DNA of 64,000 nt from the human T2T-CHM13v2.0 reference genome, Homo sapiens, in the NCBI RefSeq assembly GCF_009914755.1, contig NC_060932.1, one strand, 5' to 3'. Shown piece by piece: positions 12,049 to 25,422 of this stretch. The notes under the pieces were generated by a model, which worked only from the letters and a program-made list of their open reading frames with translations, had not been told where the DNA came from and searched no databases. The first letter of the stretch is position 1. Each line of letters starts with the position of its first letter. The position numbers and the translations under genes were made by a program.

Positions 12049-13774
12049 GCTTCCCGAGTGAGGCAATGCCTCGCCCTGCTTCGGCTCGCGCACAGTGTGC
12101 GCACCCACTGACCTGCGCCCACTGACTGGCACTCCCTAGTGAGATTAACCCGGTACCTCAGATGGAAATGCAAAAATCACCCATCTTCTGCGTCGCTCAC
12201 GCTGGGAGCTGTAGACCGGAGCCGTTCCTACTCGGCCCTCTTGGCTCCTCCCCGAGAAAGCTAAAATTTTCATGAATATCAAGCAGAACAGGATTTTACC
12301 ACATGAACTGAACAGAAGGCTGATACAATCTTTTTACGACTTTTTGCTTAAAATGCCAGTGATCCTTTGTTTTTCAGAGCCAAGAAAACTTTTCTTTTGC
12401 ATGATTTACAGATTTAACAATTAAGTAACTTATATTCCTATAAACAAAATTGGAGCATATTTCTTTCTTTCTACCTGATTTCTCCAGAATTTAGAAATTA
12501 TTTGTGAGTATTCTGAACTTATGGCAATATAGTTATTTGCCTAACTTTGATAAAAATTTATTTTCTTTTGCAACAGGCCACAGTCAGAGAAACTGGTTAT
12601 TTTACCAATTCTTTGACTAGAATGGCATGCTTTCCTTTAAGGAGTCAAACTTGACTTACAGAGTCAATAGAAGCCCCTTGGGAAAACTGGTCTCATACTT
12701 CGTCTACACAATCCCTGTACAGGATGTCTGACCTGTGGTAAGCAAAGAATATCACTTTCTGACAGGCCTGGGAACCTCAAGTTATCTTGGGATCTCAAGA
12801 ACAGATTAATTTAGCCAACCCATACTGGGATTTGATGGCAGAAACCCTTGGCTGTGCCTAAATCTTTAAAAAGCCTTATCTGAGCTTTCTTATGGAATCA
12901 AGTTCTATCAAAGACAATTTAAAGGAGCTTATATGGCAAATAATTATCCTTGCTGTGCTTTATGCAAATAATCAGGAGAAGTATAATAATACTAAAGCTT
13001 ATTTTGCAAATGAATTAATCCTATCATAATTCATTTTTAATAAAATGAGGAATGAAGAGAGAAAAATTATATTTCATGAACTATGGTATACCTGTTATTA
13101 GATTCTAGTCTCAACAGTTGTTTTTGAGTTTTTGTCTGCAATTTAGACTAACCAAGCTTATTTCTGTGAACCAACCAGTGATCTCTGGCTGCAGCTCAGA
13201 AGAAACAATAAGGATGGGCAATGTAAAATTCTAGATCAATTTTCTAACTCTGGGCACATATTAGAATTGGCCAGCAGCCCCATGCATGCAAGTCTTAGCA
13301 GGCATGACTATAGCCACCAGCTATCAGGACATTTTGGCAGTCCAGGAATATTTTTGAAACTGTCCTCACCCCCATTATTTGCTTTGACATTTCTACTTGT
13401 CCTTTTTGGCTGAAGTCTTCTAAATCTCACAACCTGATTTTTTTTCCTCTCACCTTCAGGCCATTAAACTCTATATGATTCCCAGTGAGGGATGCCAGCT
13501 TCTCAATATTTAAGAGTCACTTTTATACAGATTCTCCTAGATTGCCTATTAGAGGACATGACAGAGGTGAAACCCTGCCCTTGTCTCCCTTGGATCTGGC
13601 TGAATACGGCTTTCACCAACCCACAGCTGTCACCATGCTCTGACAGCTAGCAAGAGGCCAAGACCCACAGAACAACCACCACCACCCCTCTGTCAGCAGG
13701 AAGCAGTTACAGAAGACTGATCTTTATTCATTTTCCCCAAATAACTGAGGTCTTGGAACACTTGAGGGGGGAGA

Positions 13775-14482
13775 TATTACAGTAGGTAGGTAGTCAGAGG
13801 TGAGCAGGGCAGAAGTGCCCTTCTCTCCCATCACCAGGAATGTCAGACTACCATCAGGTGATGTCCAGATGGTTGTTAAACTATTTAAAATAATAATCCG
13901 TCACAGCTGGTGCCAAGGAAGGGCCGTCTCCCAATAAATAAACACCTGAAATGGCTGATCAGCATCTCCTTTATTAAAATCTTAGGAGTTGGATGATTGG
14001 GCTCAAGCATGTGCATTAAGAGACATAATCACAGAGTTTAATAAAGTATATATCCTTCCTTTAGTAACACTTGACTGATAAGGGAAAAATGCCTTAAATG
14101 AGCATGAACACAACTTTGGTAAACACACCGCACATGCAGCCCCTCCCAAGTGCTAGCAGGCCACTGTGCCTTTGGACAGCCCAGCCCAAGGGAAGAATCA
14201 GGGAAGAAGGGATGCACCCTGCTGGAAGCATGCCAACATTTAAAACCTAAGTCAAAGATCAAACCATGAACTTGAATCTCTCTGGTTGCTCACTTTGCCC
14301 TCTTTCAAGTGTGCTTTATTTCCTTTCATTCCAGCTCTAAAACTTTTTAATAAACTTTTACTCCTGCTCTAAAACTTGACTTGGTCTCTTCCTCTGCCTT
14401 ATGCCACTCAGTAAAATTATGTTTTTTGAGGAGGCAAGAATTGAGGTTGCTGTAAACATGTACATATTTGCCACTGCTAACA
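13775..14482 (+). mobile_element. MER50-type 3' LTR
   Basis: Follows the PPT, has AATAAA at 14349-14354, ends CTGCTAACA. 4-bp TSD ATAT at 4457-4460 and 14483-14486. Confidence 0.88.
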
Positions 14483-15839
14483 ATATTAGGAAAGAATATT
14501 GCTGCAATAACCTAATATCTTAAAATGAATATTTAAAAGTTCTAGGTAAAAATTATTTTAAACCAAAGAAATTGTTATTATTTTTCTTGAAAAGGACCAT
14601 TTATAATGTAGATATAATAAACATGAATGACAGGCCTTCCTTTTTTAAGTGCAAGCTGAAATGACTGAAAGAATATAAAATTAGAAAAATATTTTCCTAA
14701 GCTGAAAACTAGAAAATAATATTATCAGTGACAACACTGAAGTTATACCTATGAGAAAGAGGGCAGAAAGGACATTATTTATAGGAAATATTGAAGGTTG
14801 ACACAGAACTCCCCTTCTTATAAGAGCAAAGTGATATCAGAATAAATAAAAAAGGAAGAAATGACCAAACTCTGTGAGTCACTTGGATTTGTTGGGTGAT
14901 GAGCTGGAAGTGAGAGTGAATCAGATTCTGACTGGGACATTTCTCCTGGAAAGTTTTTTTACCATTGGGGAACAATATTCTATTCTATGGTAAAACTTAC
15001 ATGTTCTACGTGGGAGTGGTTGTCCAGGATTTTCCTCCTATTAGGTTGGCATGTGAAAAATCTATTGATCTTCATTTTATTTCCATTTGGATTCTTTTTG
15101 TTACGTAAGTGGGCTTATAAATGACCTGAGTTTTTCTAGGTAGATGACATCTACAAAATGTTTATTGTGATTTGTTTTATTCTCCTTGCAACTATGTTTT
15201 CATCACATCTCTTTTTAATTATTGTGTCAACTAGAACATCTCAGTAATTGAAGTCATTCCTATTTTGTTCACAACTTTAATACATATATCCTTAGTGTAT
15301 CACTGTTTACTTGAACATATTCTTTATCATGTAAGAGAAATTATATATATACAATTTATGTATTTTTTTCCTTTGAGTCAATACATTATTGAGTTATGTA
15401 AGTAAAAAATTCACTTTTTCAAAATTTTAGTCCTTTATTTAACATATTTCTAGATTGCATTATTAACATAAGACTTTTATTTATGTCACTGCTGCCATAA
15501 AGCTATTTTTTTTGTATATTTTCTTCCAATTTTTCTCCAAATGTGTATGTTTTATATGCACATTTTTATATAGAGGGACTTTTTCTTCATAAGAAATTTC
15601 ATACATTTTCACATTCTCAACATTTTCTGTGTTTTTCTATAGTCTTCATAATTGTAACTGTCATCACCAAATGAAATTGCACTGTGATACTATGATTATA
15701 ATATGCTTTCATTCTCCTGTTGTCTGTTTATTGAAGGTCTATTATATCACATAATGCTTCAGTGAGTGTCTGGATGCATCTATAGCTCTCTCCTGTTTTA
15801 TTTCTTCCTCTTTTTGGTTTGTTTGTTTTGCAAAGTTGT

Positions 15840-16012
15840 TTTTGTTTTTATTAGAAGGTAATAATTGTACATATTTAAGAAGTACATGTGATATTTTGAC
15901 ACGTGTATATAATGTATAATGATCAAATCAGGATAATTAGGTTATGGATATTTTTCATTTATTTGCATTGGGAACATTCCATATCTTTTCCTGTAGCTGT
16001 TTTGAAATATAC
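15840..16012 (-). mobile_element. L1MA-type 3' end fragment
   Basis: ataattgtacatattt...gtacatgtgatattttgacacgtgtatataatgtataatgatcaaatcagg, typical of an L1MA 3'UTR. Confidence 0.65.
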
Positions 16013-16014
16013 AA

Positions 16015-16206
16015 GAGTGGGGGGAGGAGGTATCTCACACTTTCAAAAAAACAGATACCAAGAGAACTAACTATGGAGAAGACACCACCAAGCTGTTAGG
16101 GATCTGACCACAATGACCCAAACACCTCCTCACTGGGTCCCACCTCCTGCATTGGGGATTAAAATTCAACATGAAATTTGGGCAGGGACATATACAAACT
16201 ACATCA
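16015..16206 (-). mobile_element. MST-type MaLR LTR fragment
   Basis: ggtcccacctcc...ggggattaaaattcaacatgaaatttggg...aactacatca, the reverse complement of an MST LTR start. Confidence 0.65.
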
Positions 16207-17095
16207 GAAGATAAATTGTTTGAATGCATTCTTTGCCCTTTTGAAGTACATGCCAGGCAGTGTTTAGTAAGAAACAGAAACTACTTTAAATGGGTTAAAG
16301 GGAATTTGAAACATTAATTGGGAATGTTCCTATTTACTACATAGTTCATTTAGCATAAGATTAACATTATTCCTTGTAAATTTAAAAGTCAGATCTGTAA
16401 AGCTATATAAGTCAAACTCAGTTATTAAATTAATATTTTAAACAACTTTTCTTAATTTTTCCATTGAGTCAATTTTGCATTTTTAAACTAGTCTTGTCAA
16501 ATATCTCAGCATAAATTTTTACAAGATATTTACTCAGCTTCTATGGTTATACTTATTTCTCACAAATCTGTGTATTTCTAATATTTATCAATCTTTATTC
16601 TTCTTGATTTGACTACCAATTATATTGCATTATTGCATGAGCCAACTGGATTGTAGTTATAAATTCTGTTGATTTTCTGCAACTTTATTGACCTTAGTCA
16701 CATTTTATCAGTTTTTTTATTATTGTTTTTGTTTGTTATTATTTTTCAACCAAATTTTAATTAAGGGCTTTGTTATTTCAATTTTTTGTCTTTTCTGATT
16801 ACGAAAGGAAACACTTAGATATGAGAATATTTCCTGATTACAACTGTGGTTGCATTTATAAGTTTCAGTAGCCTGAGTTTTTATGTTTTCATGTTCTATT
16901 TTATATTGTAAATTTGATTCCTGCTTGAGTCAGCAGTTTTTGAGAGTTTTTTTTTCAAATTCTATGAAATTTGGAGTTTAATTCTGTTTGACAGTTTATG
17001 CTATTTTATTAATTCTATTAATCAAACTAAATCTCATTTCATTTAATTTTGTTAATTTAATTAATTCAGTAAATACATAGGTGACCATATGTTGG

Positions 17096-17310
17096 GTATA
17101 TTAATTTGCTGGGGTTGCCATAACAAAATACCACAGACTAGATGATAAACCACAGAAATTTATTTTCTCACTATTCTGGAGGCCTAACACTCAAGATCAA
17201 GGTATACACAGGGTTCTCCTTGTCTTATAGATAGCCATCTTCTCACACTTTTCCATCTATGATTACGTGTCCATATGATCTCTTCTTATAAGAACATTAG
17301 TCATATTGCA
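17096..17310 (-). mobile_element. MLT1-type MaLR LTR fragment
   Basis: gttgccataacaaaataccacagact...agaaatttattttctcactattctggaggc. Confidence 0.7.
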
Positions 17311-17709
17311 TTTTATTTTAATTCTTTTTGGTGGGGTGGTTTTGGCTGGGCTTTATCCTTTATGATATACTTCCCTTAAGGAGTTTCTAATAAATACTAT
17401 TTTTTTTGTGGTATTCTCTTTCCTGTTATATATGAATATGAATATTAATAACTCATTCTTCTAATTGAGAATAAAATCAGTGCCATTATACCATCAATAT
17501 TAAAGGTTATTTTTAAAATGCCCAGTTTTAAAAATATTTTGTCATATCTGAACTTTCCCGTTAAGATAATACAATAATGGGTAAATTGCAGCAGTACTTT
17601 TTTCCATATAATAAAAAAACTCTTAATCTTAAAATATATTCTTACTACAGATTCACCTTTGTACAATCATAATTATTTTAAAATACCACAAAAATAAATA
17701 TTTCTACTT

Positions 17710-18000
<291 letters not shown>

Positions 18001-19051
18001 TATTGCTACTTAAAATTTCTTTTTGAAAATTTCAACTGACACCATATAAACATTTTTACTTCTTAATTAGATTAAAATGCCCTCTAGAAATGTCTATAAA
18101 TGAAATATTGAATTATGCATTAAATTCAAATCAGCATTTGAACACATTTTTCTCCACACAGTCTTTCATAATCATTATACTCTATGGGAAAATTCGTTAA
18201 CAATTTAACTTTATTCCAGATAAAATAATTTCATATCAAAAAATTAAATTTATCTGACATCTAAAAAGATTCCTTTAAGCATTCGTTTCTGAGCAAATAT
18301 ACTGAGATAAAAATTAAGTAAAATTCTGTTTAAAATGTTAATGCAGTTTTGTTTGGGGAATCATTTTGCACATATAGTGGAAAATTCATAGAAAATCAAT
18401 GTGATGAATCTGTTCCAATGAATTTTATGAAAACAGGAAATCTGTACAGCAGATAGATTCACAAATCTTTACTACACAATAAACAATTTTAAAAAGAACT
18501 ACTACTGTTTTAGTCTATTTTTTCCCCACAAATTGCTTATAAGCTAGTATTTTTATATGTTGAAAGATTCAAAGGCAAAGAGTTTTACACAGCCTAAATT
18601 ACATAAAAATAAGATCTGAGCTAGACTTTCAGAAGAGTTAACTGTTTTAATATAAAGAGAAGAGAAACAGCATCTGTGAATTTTTCAGTGCCCAAGGGTA
18701 TTTCATAATGTCTAGTCCACCACATAACTGGAAGTAGAAACCCATTAGCTATTTTTGAGCAGGAAAATGACATTTATCCAAAAATAAGTTTAATGAATAT
18801 TAGGCTTGGAAGCTCATCAGTAAAATGAAGGAATCCTACATATGGTCATTAGGTGAGTGAATTAGGTGATAGTAACACAAAAACAATTAATTAAATATAT
18901 TGTCTGCTATGGGAGTTTTGAACGAAAAAAACAAATTTGAGAGCCAAAGATAGAATCCAGAGAAAAATCAAGAGAGCCCAAGACATGTAAAATAGGTTTC
19001 AGTGCCCTTTTAACCAAGTAATTGTTTTGCCATATACAGATTTTTAGAAAG

Positions 19052-19442
19052 TGATACAGTTTAACTCTATGTCCCGACCCAAATCTCATGTTCAATTGTA
19101 ATCTTCAGGGTTAGAGGTGGGGCTTGGTGGGAGGTGATTGGATCATGGGGATGGTTTTTAATGGTTTAGCACCATTTCCCTAGTGCTGCATCATGATAGA
19201 GTTCTCACAGGATCTGGTGGTTTAAAAGTGTGTAGCACAGCCCCCTTCGCTCTCTTCCTCCTTCTCAGGCCACATAAGGCTTGCCTCCTTCCTCTTTGAC
19301 TTCCGCCATGATTGTAAGTTTCCTGAAGCTACCACAGCCATGCTTTCTGTACAGCTTCTGGAACTATGAGTCAAGCCTCTTTTCATTATAAATTACCCAG
19401 TCTCAGGTAGTTCTTTGTAGCATATGAGAATGGGCTAATACA
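19052..19442 (+). mobile_element. MSTA/MSTB-type solo LTR
   Basis: TGATAC...CCCAAATCTCATG... ends CTAATACA. Flanks GAAAG / GAAAA. Confidence 0.85.
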
Positions 19443-20724
19443 GAAAAGGAGTTAACTGTAAAGTGCATTTAATAATAAAGTAGGAAAAAGGAATGTTGCA
19501 ATATGAAGAAGATATTAATGCTTTTATTCATATGCCTACATCTAGATTGACAGTTTCGAGTGAACTAACTAAATAATTGAGTAATCTATCCACTAAAATT
19601 GTTTTGATGAATATATCAATTGACCTACTGAATTAAATCAGGTGGTTAAAAAAAGTCACCTGTCCCATTATCCAGATAATTTTTTTTTGAAAAACAAGTG
19701 CTCTAGTTGAGATGTCATCTCAATTTTTACATATATATATTTTCCAGCAAACCTAAAGCATTGTTTATGATGTGCCACGACAGTTAATAGATATTTTCCC
19801 CACGAAACACACACATACACACTTTAACAGCAGTTAGAATAATGATTTCAAATTTTGTCAATTATTATTATATTATACTCATTTATATTCCCTATACATA
19901 TTAATTATCCCTATTGTTAACAATTTGGTTTCATGGTATATAAAACCCTAGTGAGGAAATTTGGAAACCAACTTCTAATTCAAATGATATTAGCTGAATA
20001 TTTGGTTTCTCTTCCAACTTTTCTTTCCAAAAACATCCTAGTTTTTGGATCTCTATGTTATTGATAACAGTTAAATTGCAAACTAGAGACAATTTAGGTT
20101 TTCCTCACAAACTGCAGGACCTTAACTCTCTGTTAGTGAACGCTTTTGGAAAGAGATTGGAATAAATAGTTCTAACTTCACTGTAAGACTTTTGTAACTA
20201 CTGTATGTTGACAACTGCATTTTGTTAGATTATCAAACACATACCAGTTAAGTTATAATAAAAAATAGAAAAAATGTTATTTATATGAATGAGCTATAAA
20301 TCAATAATTAGATCATTAAAATGAGAAATCTTGGCACTAAGATCATTTACAGTGGTATATTGTTTACAACAGCATTGCTTATTTCTCATTCTATATCTCA
20401 CTACAATAAATTTAAAAGGCAATGGGAGACGGAGTATGCTTCAAGTGCTTAGAAGTTGAGGACTGTGGTGTAAAACAACTTTACTGTTTTCCTACCTGGC
20501 AAGAGCGGACATCCAATAAACACTTGCTAAATTGAACTATTGTCAACAAAATGCCCTTTACTTTCTATTTGCTCTTTCTTCTCACCATATGTTCTCCATG
20601 GGTGTTTTGCTCAAGAGAATATTGATAACTGAGAATTTTTGTTAATTCTCAGTGTAATATTTGAAAGTATTACCATAATGTTTTGTTTTTTCTTTTTATG
20701 TTTTTGGTAGTTTATTTTTCTATC

Positions 20725-21508
20725 TTTATTTATTTATTTTTGCATTGACAGATAAAATTGTATGTCTGTATCATGTACAACATAATGTTTTGAAGATTCT
20801 GTACATGGTAGAATCAATGACTAAATATAGCTAATTAACATATGCGTTACCTCCCTCAGTTATCATTTCTGTGATAAGAACACTAAATATCCATTCTCTT
20901 AGCATTTTTCAAGACTACAAACTATGTAGTCTTATGTTTTATTAATTATTTAATTTATTATTATTTATTAATTATTATGTATTAACTATATTATTATTAT
21001 GTATTAACTACAGTAATCATTTTGTACAACAGATTTCTTTAATTTATTCTTAATTAATTTTTGACCAACATTTTCCCAACCACCTCTCATAAACTACTCC
21101 GACTGCTAGTAACCATCATTCCATTCTCTACTTTCATGAGATCAACATTTTTAGATTCCACATGAGTGAGATCATGTAGTCTTTCTGTCTTTCTGTGCCT
21201 GGTTTATTTCACTTAACATAATGTCGTCCATGTTCATTCATGTTATGGAAAATGATAGAATTTTATTATTGTTTATGACTGAATAACATTCCATCTGTGC
21301 GTATACTACATTTTCTTTATTCATTTGTCTGTTGATGGACACGTAGGTTGACTTCATAACCTGGTTGTTGTGAACAGTGCTGAAATAAATATGAGAGTGT
21401 AGATACCTCTTTGACAGATTAATTTTATTTCTTTTGGATATATATCCAACAGTGAAATCACTGGATCATATGGTAGTTCTAGCTTTGATTTATTGAGGAA
21501 CTTCCAAT
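20725..21508 (-). mobile_element. L1MA-type 3' end
   Basis: ttttagattccacatgagtgagatcatg...ggatcatatggtagttct, L1MA 3'UTR and ORF2 end. Confidence 0.8.
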
Positions 21509-21902
21509 AATATGTCAATTATTGAGTATATTTGACTTTGAGGCCTTAGGTTTAATTCTTTTAATAAAAAAGGAAATTAAATTGCTCAGAGCTTGGCTTC
21601 AGGGAGAGCATTTCGTTAGTATACATTTTGTCTAAAAGTAGGAGACCTAGGATTTTAGAGTATATATCTTGAAGAGAGGTATCACATTGTTTAGATAACA
21701 GAAGTCCATGGAGAGAGGCTTAAAAACTTTATATATGATGGCTCATTTTATATAACTATAAAGGGCTGAGGAGAAGAATATTTCTATACTTTTTAACATT
21801 TCCAGTATTTGTCAAGTTATTACATTCAAATAAATAACTCAGCTGTGATACAATTCCAGTGAACTTAAAGTACATTTTTGTCCATGGTATACCATAATAG
21901 TT

Positions 21903-22168
21903 TTTTTTTTTTTTCTTTCTTTTTAAGTCAGAGTCTCATTCTGTCACCCAGGCTGGAGTGTAGGGACCCAGTTACTGGCTCACTGCAGCCTTACCCTAGG
22001 CCCAGGTAATCCTTTGGAGTAGCTGAGGTTTCAGGCACATGTTACCATGCCTGGCTGATTTTTTTGTAGAGATGGGGTTTTGCCCTGTTGCCCAGGCTGG
22101 TCTCAAACAACCCGCCTGCCTTGCCCTCCCAAAGTGCTGGGATTACAGGCATGAGCCACTGAGCCCAG
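21903..22168 (-). mobile_element. AluJ with internal deletions
   Basis: TSD ATACCAT(A/G)ATAGTT at 21889-21902 / 22169-22182. Confidence 0.88.
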
Positions 22169-22509
22169 ATACCATGATAGTTAATAGACTTTTTTCAATG
22201 AAATACTCACACACACACATACACACACATATACATAAGCAAGCACGTAATTTAGTGCTCAATGCTTTTTGCTAAACGCACTGTGGATATCTTAAGTTAA
22301 GCTGAGATAAAGTCTTTATCATATGCCTCCTCTCATTCTGTTTATTATGCTCCATATTTACTGCCAAATAAATGGGGATTGTATAACCTGTAATATTTCC
22401 AGGACACCATATAGCTCAGAACACTCTTACTTATTGCATGTATTTACAGTATCTAGAAAAGTATTTCATAAAGTAATAGAGAGGGCTTTTAAAATGCAAA
22501 TTTATTCTA

Positions 22510-24013
22510 TATTTTAAATAAGCTTTTATTAAAACAGTCTTAGACTTACAGAAAAATTTTAAGAATAATACTGAGAGTTTTCTTAAATTATTTAAGATCT
22601 TGTGCTACTATGATACATTTGTTGCAACTGATGAACCAATACTGATACATTATTAAATAAAGTTCATATTTTGTTCAGATTTCCTTAGTTTTTATCTAAT
22701 GTATATTTGTGCTCTATTCAATATCCCATCGAGTTTGGTACATTACCTGTAGTCAGCATATCTTCTTAGGCTACTCTTGGTTGTATAAATTTTCCAGACT
22801 TCTTTTGTTTTTAATAAATTTGACAGTTTGAGGAGTAAAGATCCAATATTTTGTAGAATATTGTTCAGTGGAGATTTGTCTATGTTTTTCTCTTGGGTAG
22901 AGTGAGAAGGTGGATTTTTGGGATAAAGACCACAGAGATACAGTGTGGTTTTCATTAAATAATATTAAGGATATTACTATCAATATGACTTATCACTGTT
23001 ATTGATAACTTAATAACCAATGTCTGCACTATACACTTTATTTCTTTTCTACTCCGCCTTCCATGCATTTTCTATACACTATGGGAGGAGTCAATATGTG
23101 CTCCCAAAATTAAATAGTGGAGACTTATACTCCGCTTCTTTGTGAGTAGAGCATCTACACAAATTATTTGAAATTCTGTGCTATGATAGGTTTACCTCTT
23201 TTTCCTTATTTACGTACATATGTATTGATTGATTCATTTATTTATGCCAATATGGGCTCATATACATTTATTTTATAATTTGGGCTACAAATTTAACGCT
23301 ATTTTATTTATTTTTGTTGATAAAATTGTTCCAGGTTTGGCTACTGGGAGCTCTTCATATTGGTTCTTGTTTCTCTTTGACATATCTTCTTCATTTTGCC
23401 TTTTTTTTTCGTTTGAGCCCTTCCTTATTTTTGACACTACAAGATGCTCCAGACTCATCCTACATGTTTCCTTTCCTAGTCTTAAAATCAGCAATTTCTT
23501 CAAGAGCCCTGATTATTTTGCACTTATAATACAATTAAATTGCTTTGTCATATTTTGTATCTTATCTTTTTATTCTGGAATTTTCCTGACTTCCTAAACA
23601 ATTTTTTTCTCTCCCTCTCTGTTTTTGCATATATTATGATTCACTCTTTGTGCCATAAAGTTCTTTGGGTTTTGACAAATACATAGTGCCATGTATTTAC
23701 CATTACTGTGTAACAGAGTAGTTTCACCTCCCTTCAAAATCACCTGTGCTTCACCTGTTCAGCCGTATTAATTTTTTTTCATAGACTATGCTTTTGATAT
23801 TGGATCAAAAAGTCACCAACCCAAGATCACTTAGATTTCCTTTTATATTTTCTTCTAGAAATTTTATTATTTTCTGTTTTACATTTAGCTCTATAATCCA
23901 TTTTAATTTTCATGAAAGGTGTGAGGTTTGTGTCTTGGTTTGTATTTTTTCATAAGCATGTCTGATTTTCCCACATCATTTGTTGGAAGGACTATATTTT
24001 CTTCATTGAGTCA
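22510..24013 (-). mobile_element. Old L1MC/L1M fragments, resuming at ~25423-25800
   Basis: gatgaaccaatactgatacattatt...ttcagatttccttagttttt (L1MC-type 3'UTR), with ORF2-like remnants on both sides of the younger L1. Confidence 0.65.
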
Positions 24014-24024
24014 CCTTTACTCCT

Positions 24025-25422
24025 CCTTATTTACTTTTTAAAAACTTTTTAGTTTGGGGTACATATGCAGGTTTGTTATATAAGTCAACGTGTGTCATTG
24101 GGGTTTGTTGTACAAATTATTTAATTACCCAGGTATTATGTCTAGTACCTATTCATTATTTTTCCTGATCCTCTCCCTCCTCCCACCCTCCACTCTCTGA
24201 TAGCCCCAGTGTGTGTTGTTCACCTCTATGCGTGCTTGTGTTCCCATCATTTATACACTTGTAAGTGAGAACATGCAATATTTGGTTTTCTGTTCTTGTG
24301 TGAGTTTGCTAAGAATAATGGCCTCTAGCTCCATCCATGTCCCTGCAAAGGGCATGATCTCATTCTTTTTTATGGCTAAATAGTACCCCATGGTGTGTAT
24401 GTACCACATTTTCTTTATCCAGTTTACTACTGGTGGGCATTTAGGCTGGTTCCATGTCTTCGTTATTGTGAATGGTGCTGCAATGAATGTATAAGTCCAT
24501 GTGTCTTTATAATAATAAAATGATTTACATTCCTTTGGGTATATACCCAGTAATGAGTATTACTGGGTCAAATGGCATATCTGTTTTTAGGTCTTTGAGG
24601 AATCGCCACAATGTCTTCCACAATGATTGAACTAATTTATACTCCCATCAACAGTGTATAAGTGTTCCTTTTTCTCCACAACCTTGCTAGCATCTGTTAT
24701 TTTTTGACTTTCTAATAATAGCCATTCTGACTGGCATGAGATGGTATCTCTTTGTGATTTTGATTTGAATTTCTCTAATGATCAGTGATTTTGAGCTTTG
24801 TTTCACATGACTGTTAGCCGCATGTATGTTCTTTTGAGAAGTGTCTGTTCATGTCCTTTACTCGATTTAGTTGGGGTTGTTTATTTCTTGTAAATTTTCT
24901 TAAATTCCTAATAAATTCTGAAATATTGTACCTTTGTTAGATGCATAGTTTCAAAAATTTTCTCCCATTCTGTAGGTTGTCTGTATACTCTGTTTATAGT
25001 TCCTTTTGCTGTGCATTAGTTTAGTTTAATTAGATCTCATTTGTCAATTTTTGCTTTTGTTGCAATTGCTTTTGGTGTCTTTGCCAAGAAATCTTTGCCC
25101 ATGACTGTGTCCTGAATAGCACTGCCTACTTTGTCTTCCACGGTTTTTATAGTTTTGGGTTTTACATTTAAGCTTTTAATTGAACTTGAGTTCATTTTTG
25201 TATATGCTATAAGAAAGGGTTCCAGTTTCAATCCTCTGCATATGGCTAGCCAGTTATTTCATCACCATTTATTAAATAGAGAATCCTTTCCCCATTGTTT
25301 GTTTTTGTCAGATTTGTTAAAGATCAGATAGTTGTAGGTGTGTGGGCTTCTTTGTTCTCTACTCTGTTCCATTTAAGCATTCTTAAAAAAAAGAAAAAAG
25401 AAACTCCTATCAAGAATTTCAT
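24025..25422 (-). mobile_element. Older L1PA (about L1PA10-13), 5'-truncated
   Basis: 3'UTR and ORF2 end (ORF 25037-25231 [14 protein letters not shown]...). Putative TSD CCTTT(A/G)CTCCT at 24014-24024 / 25423-25433. Confidence 0.85.
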
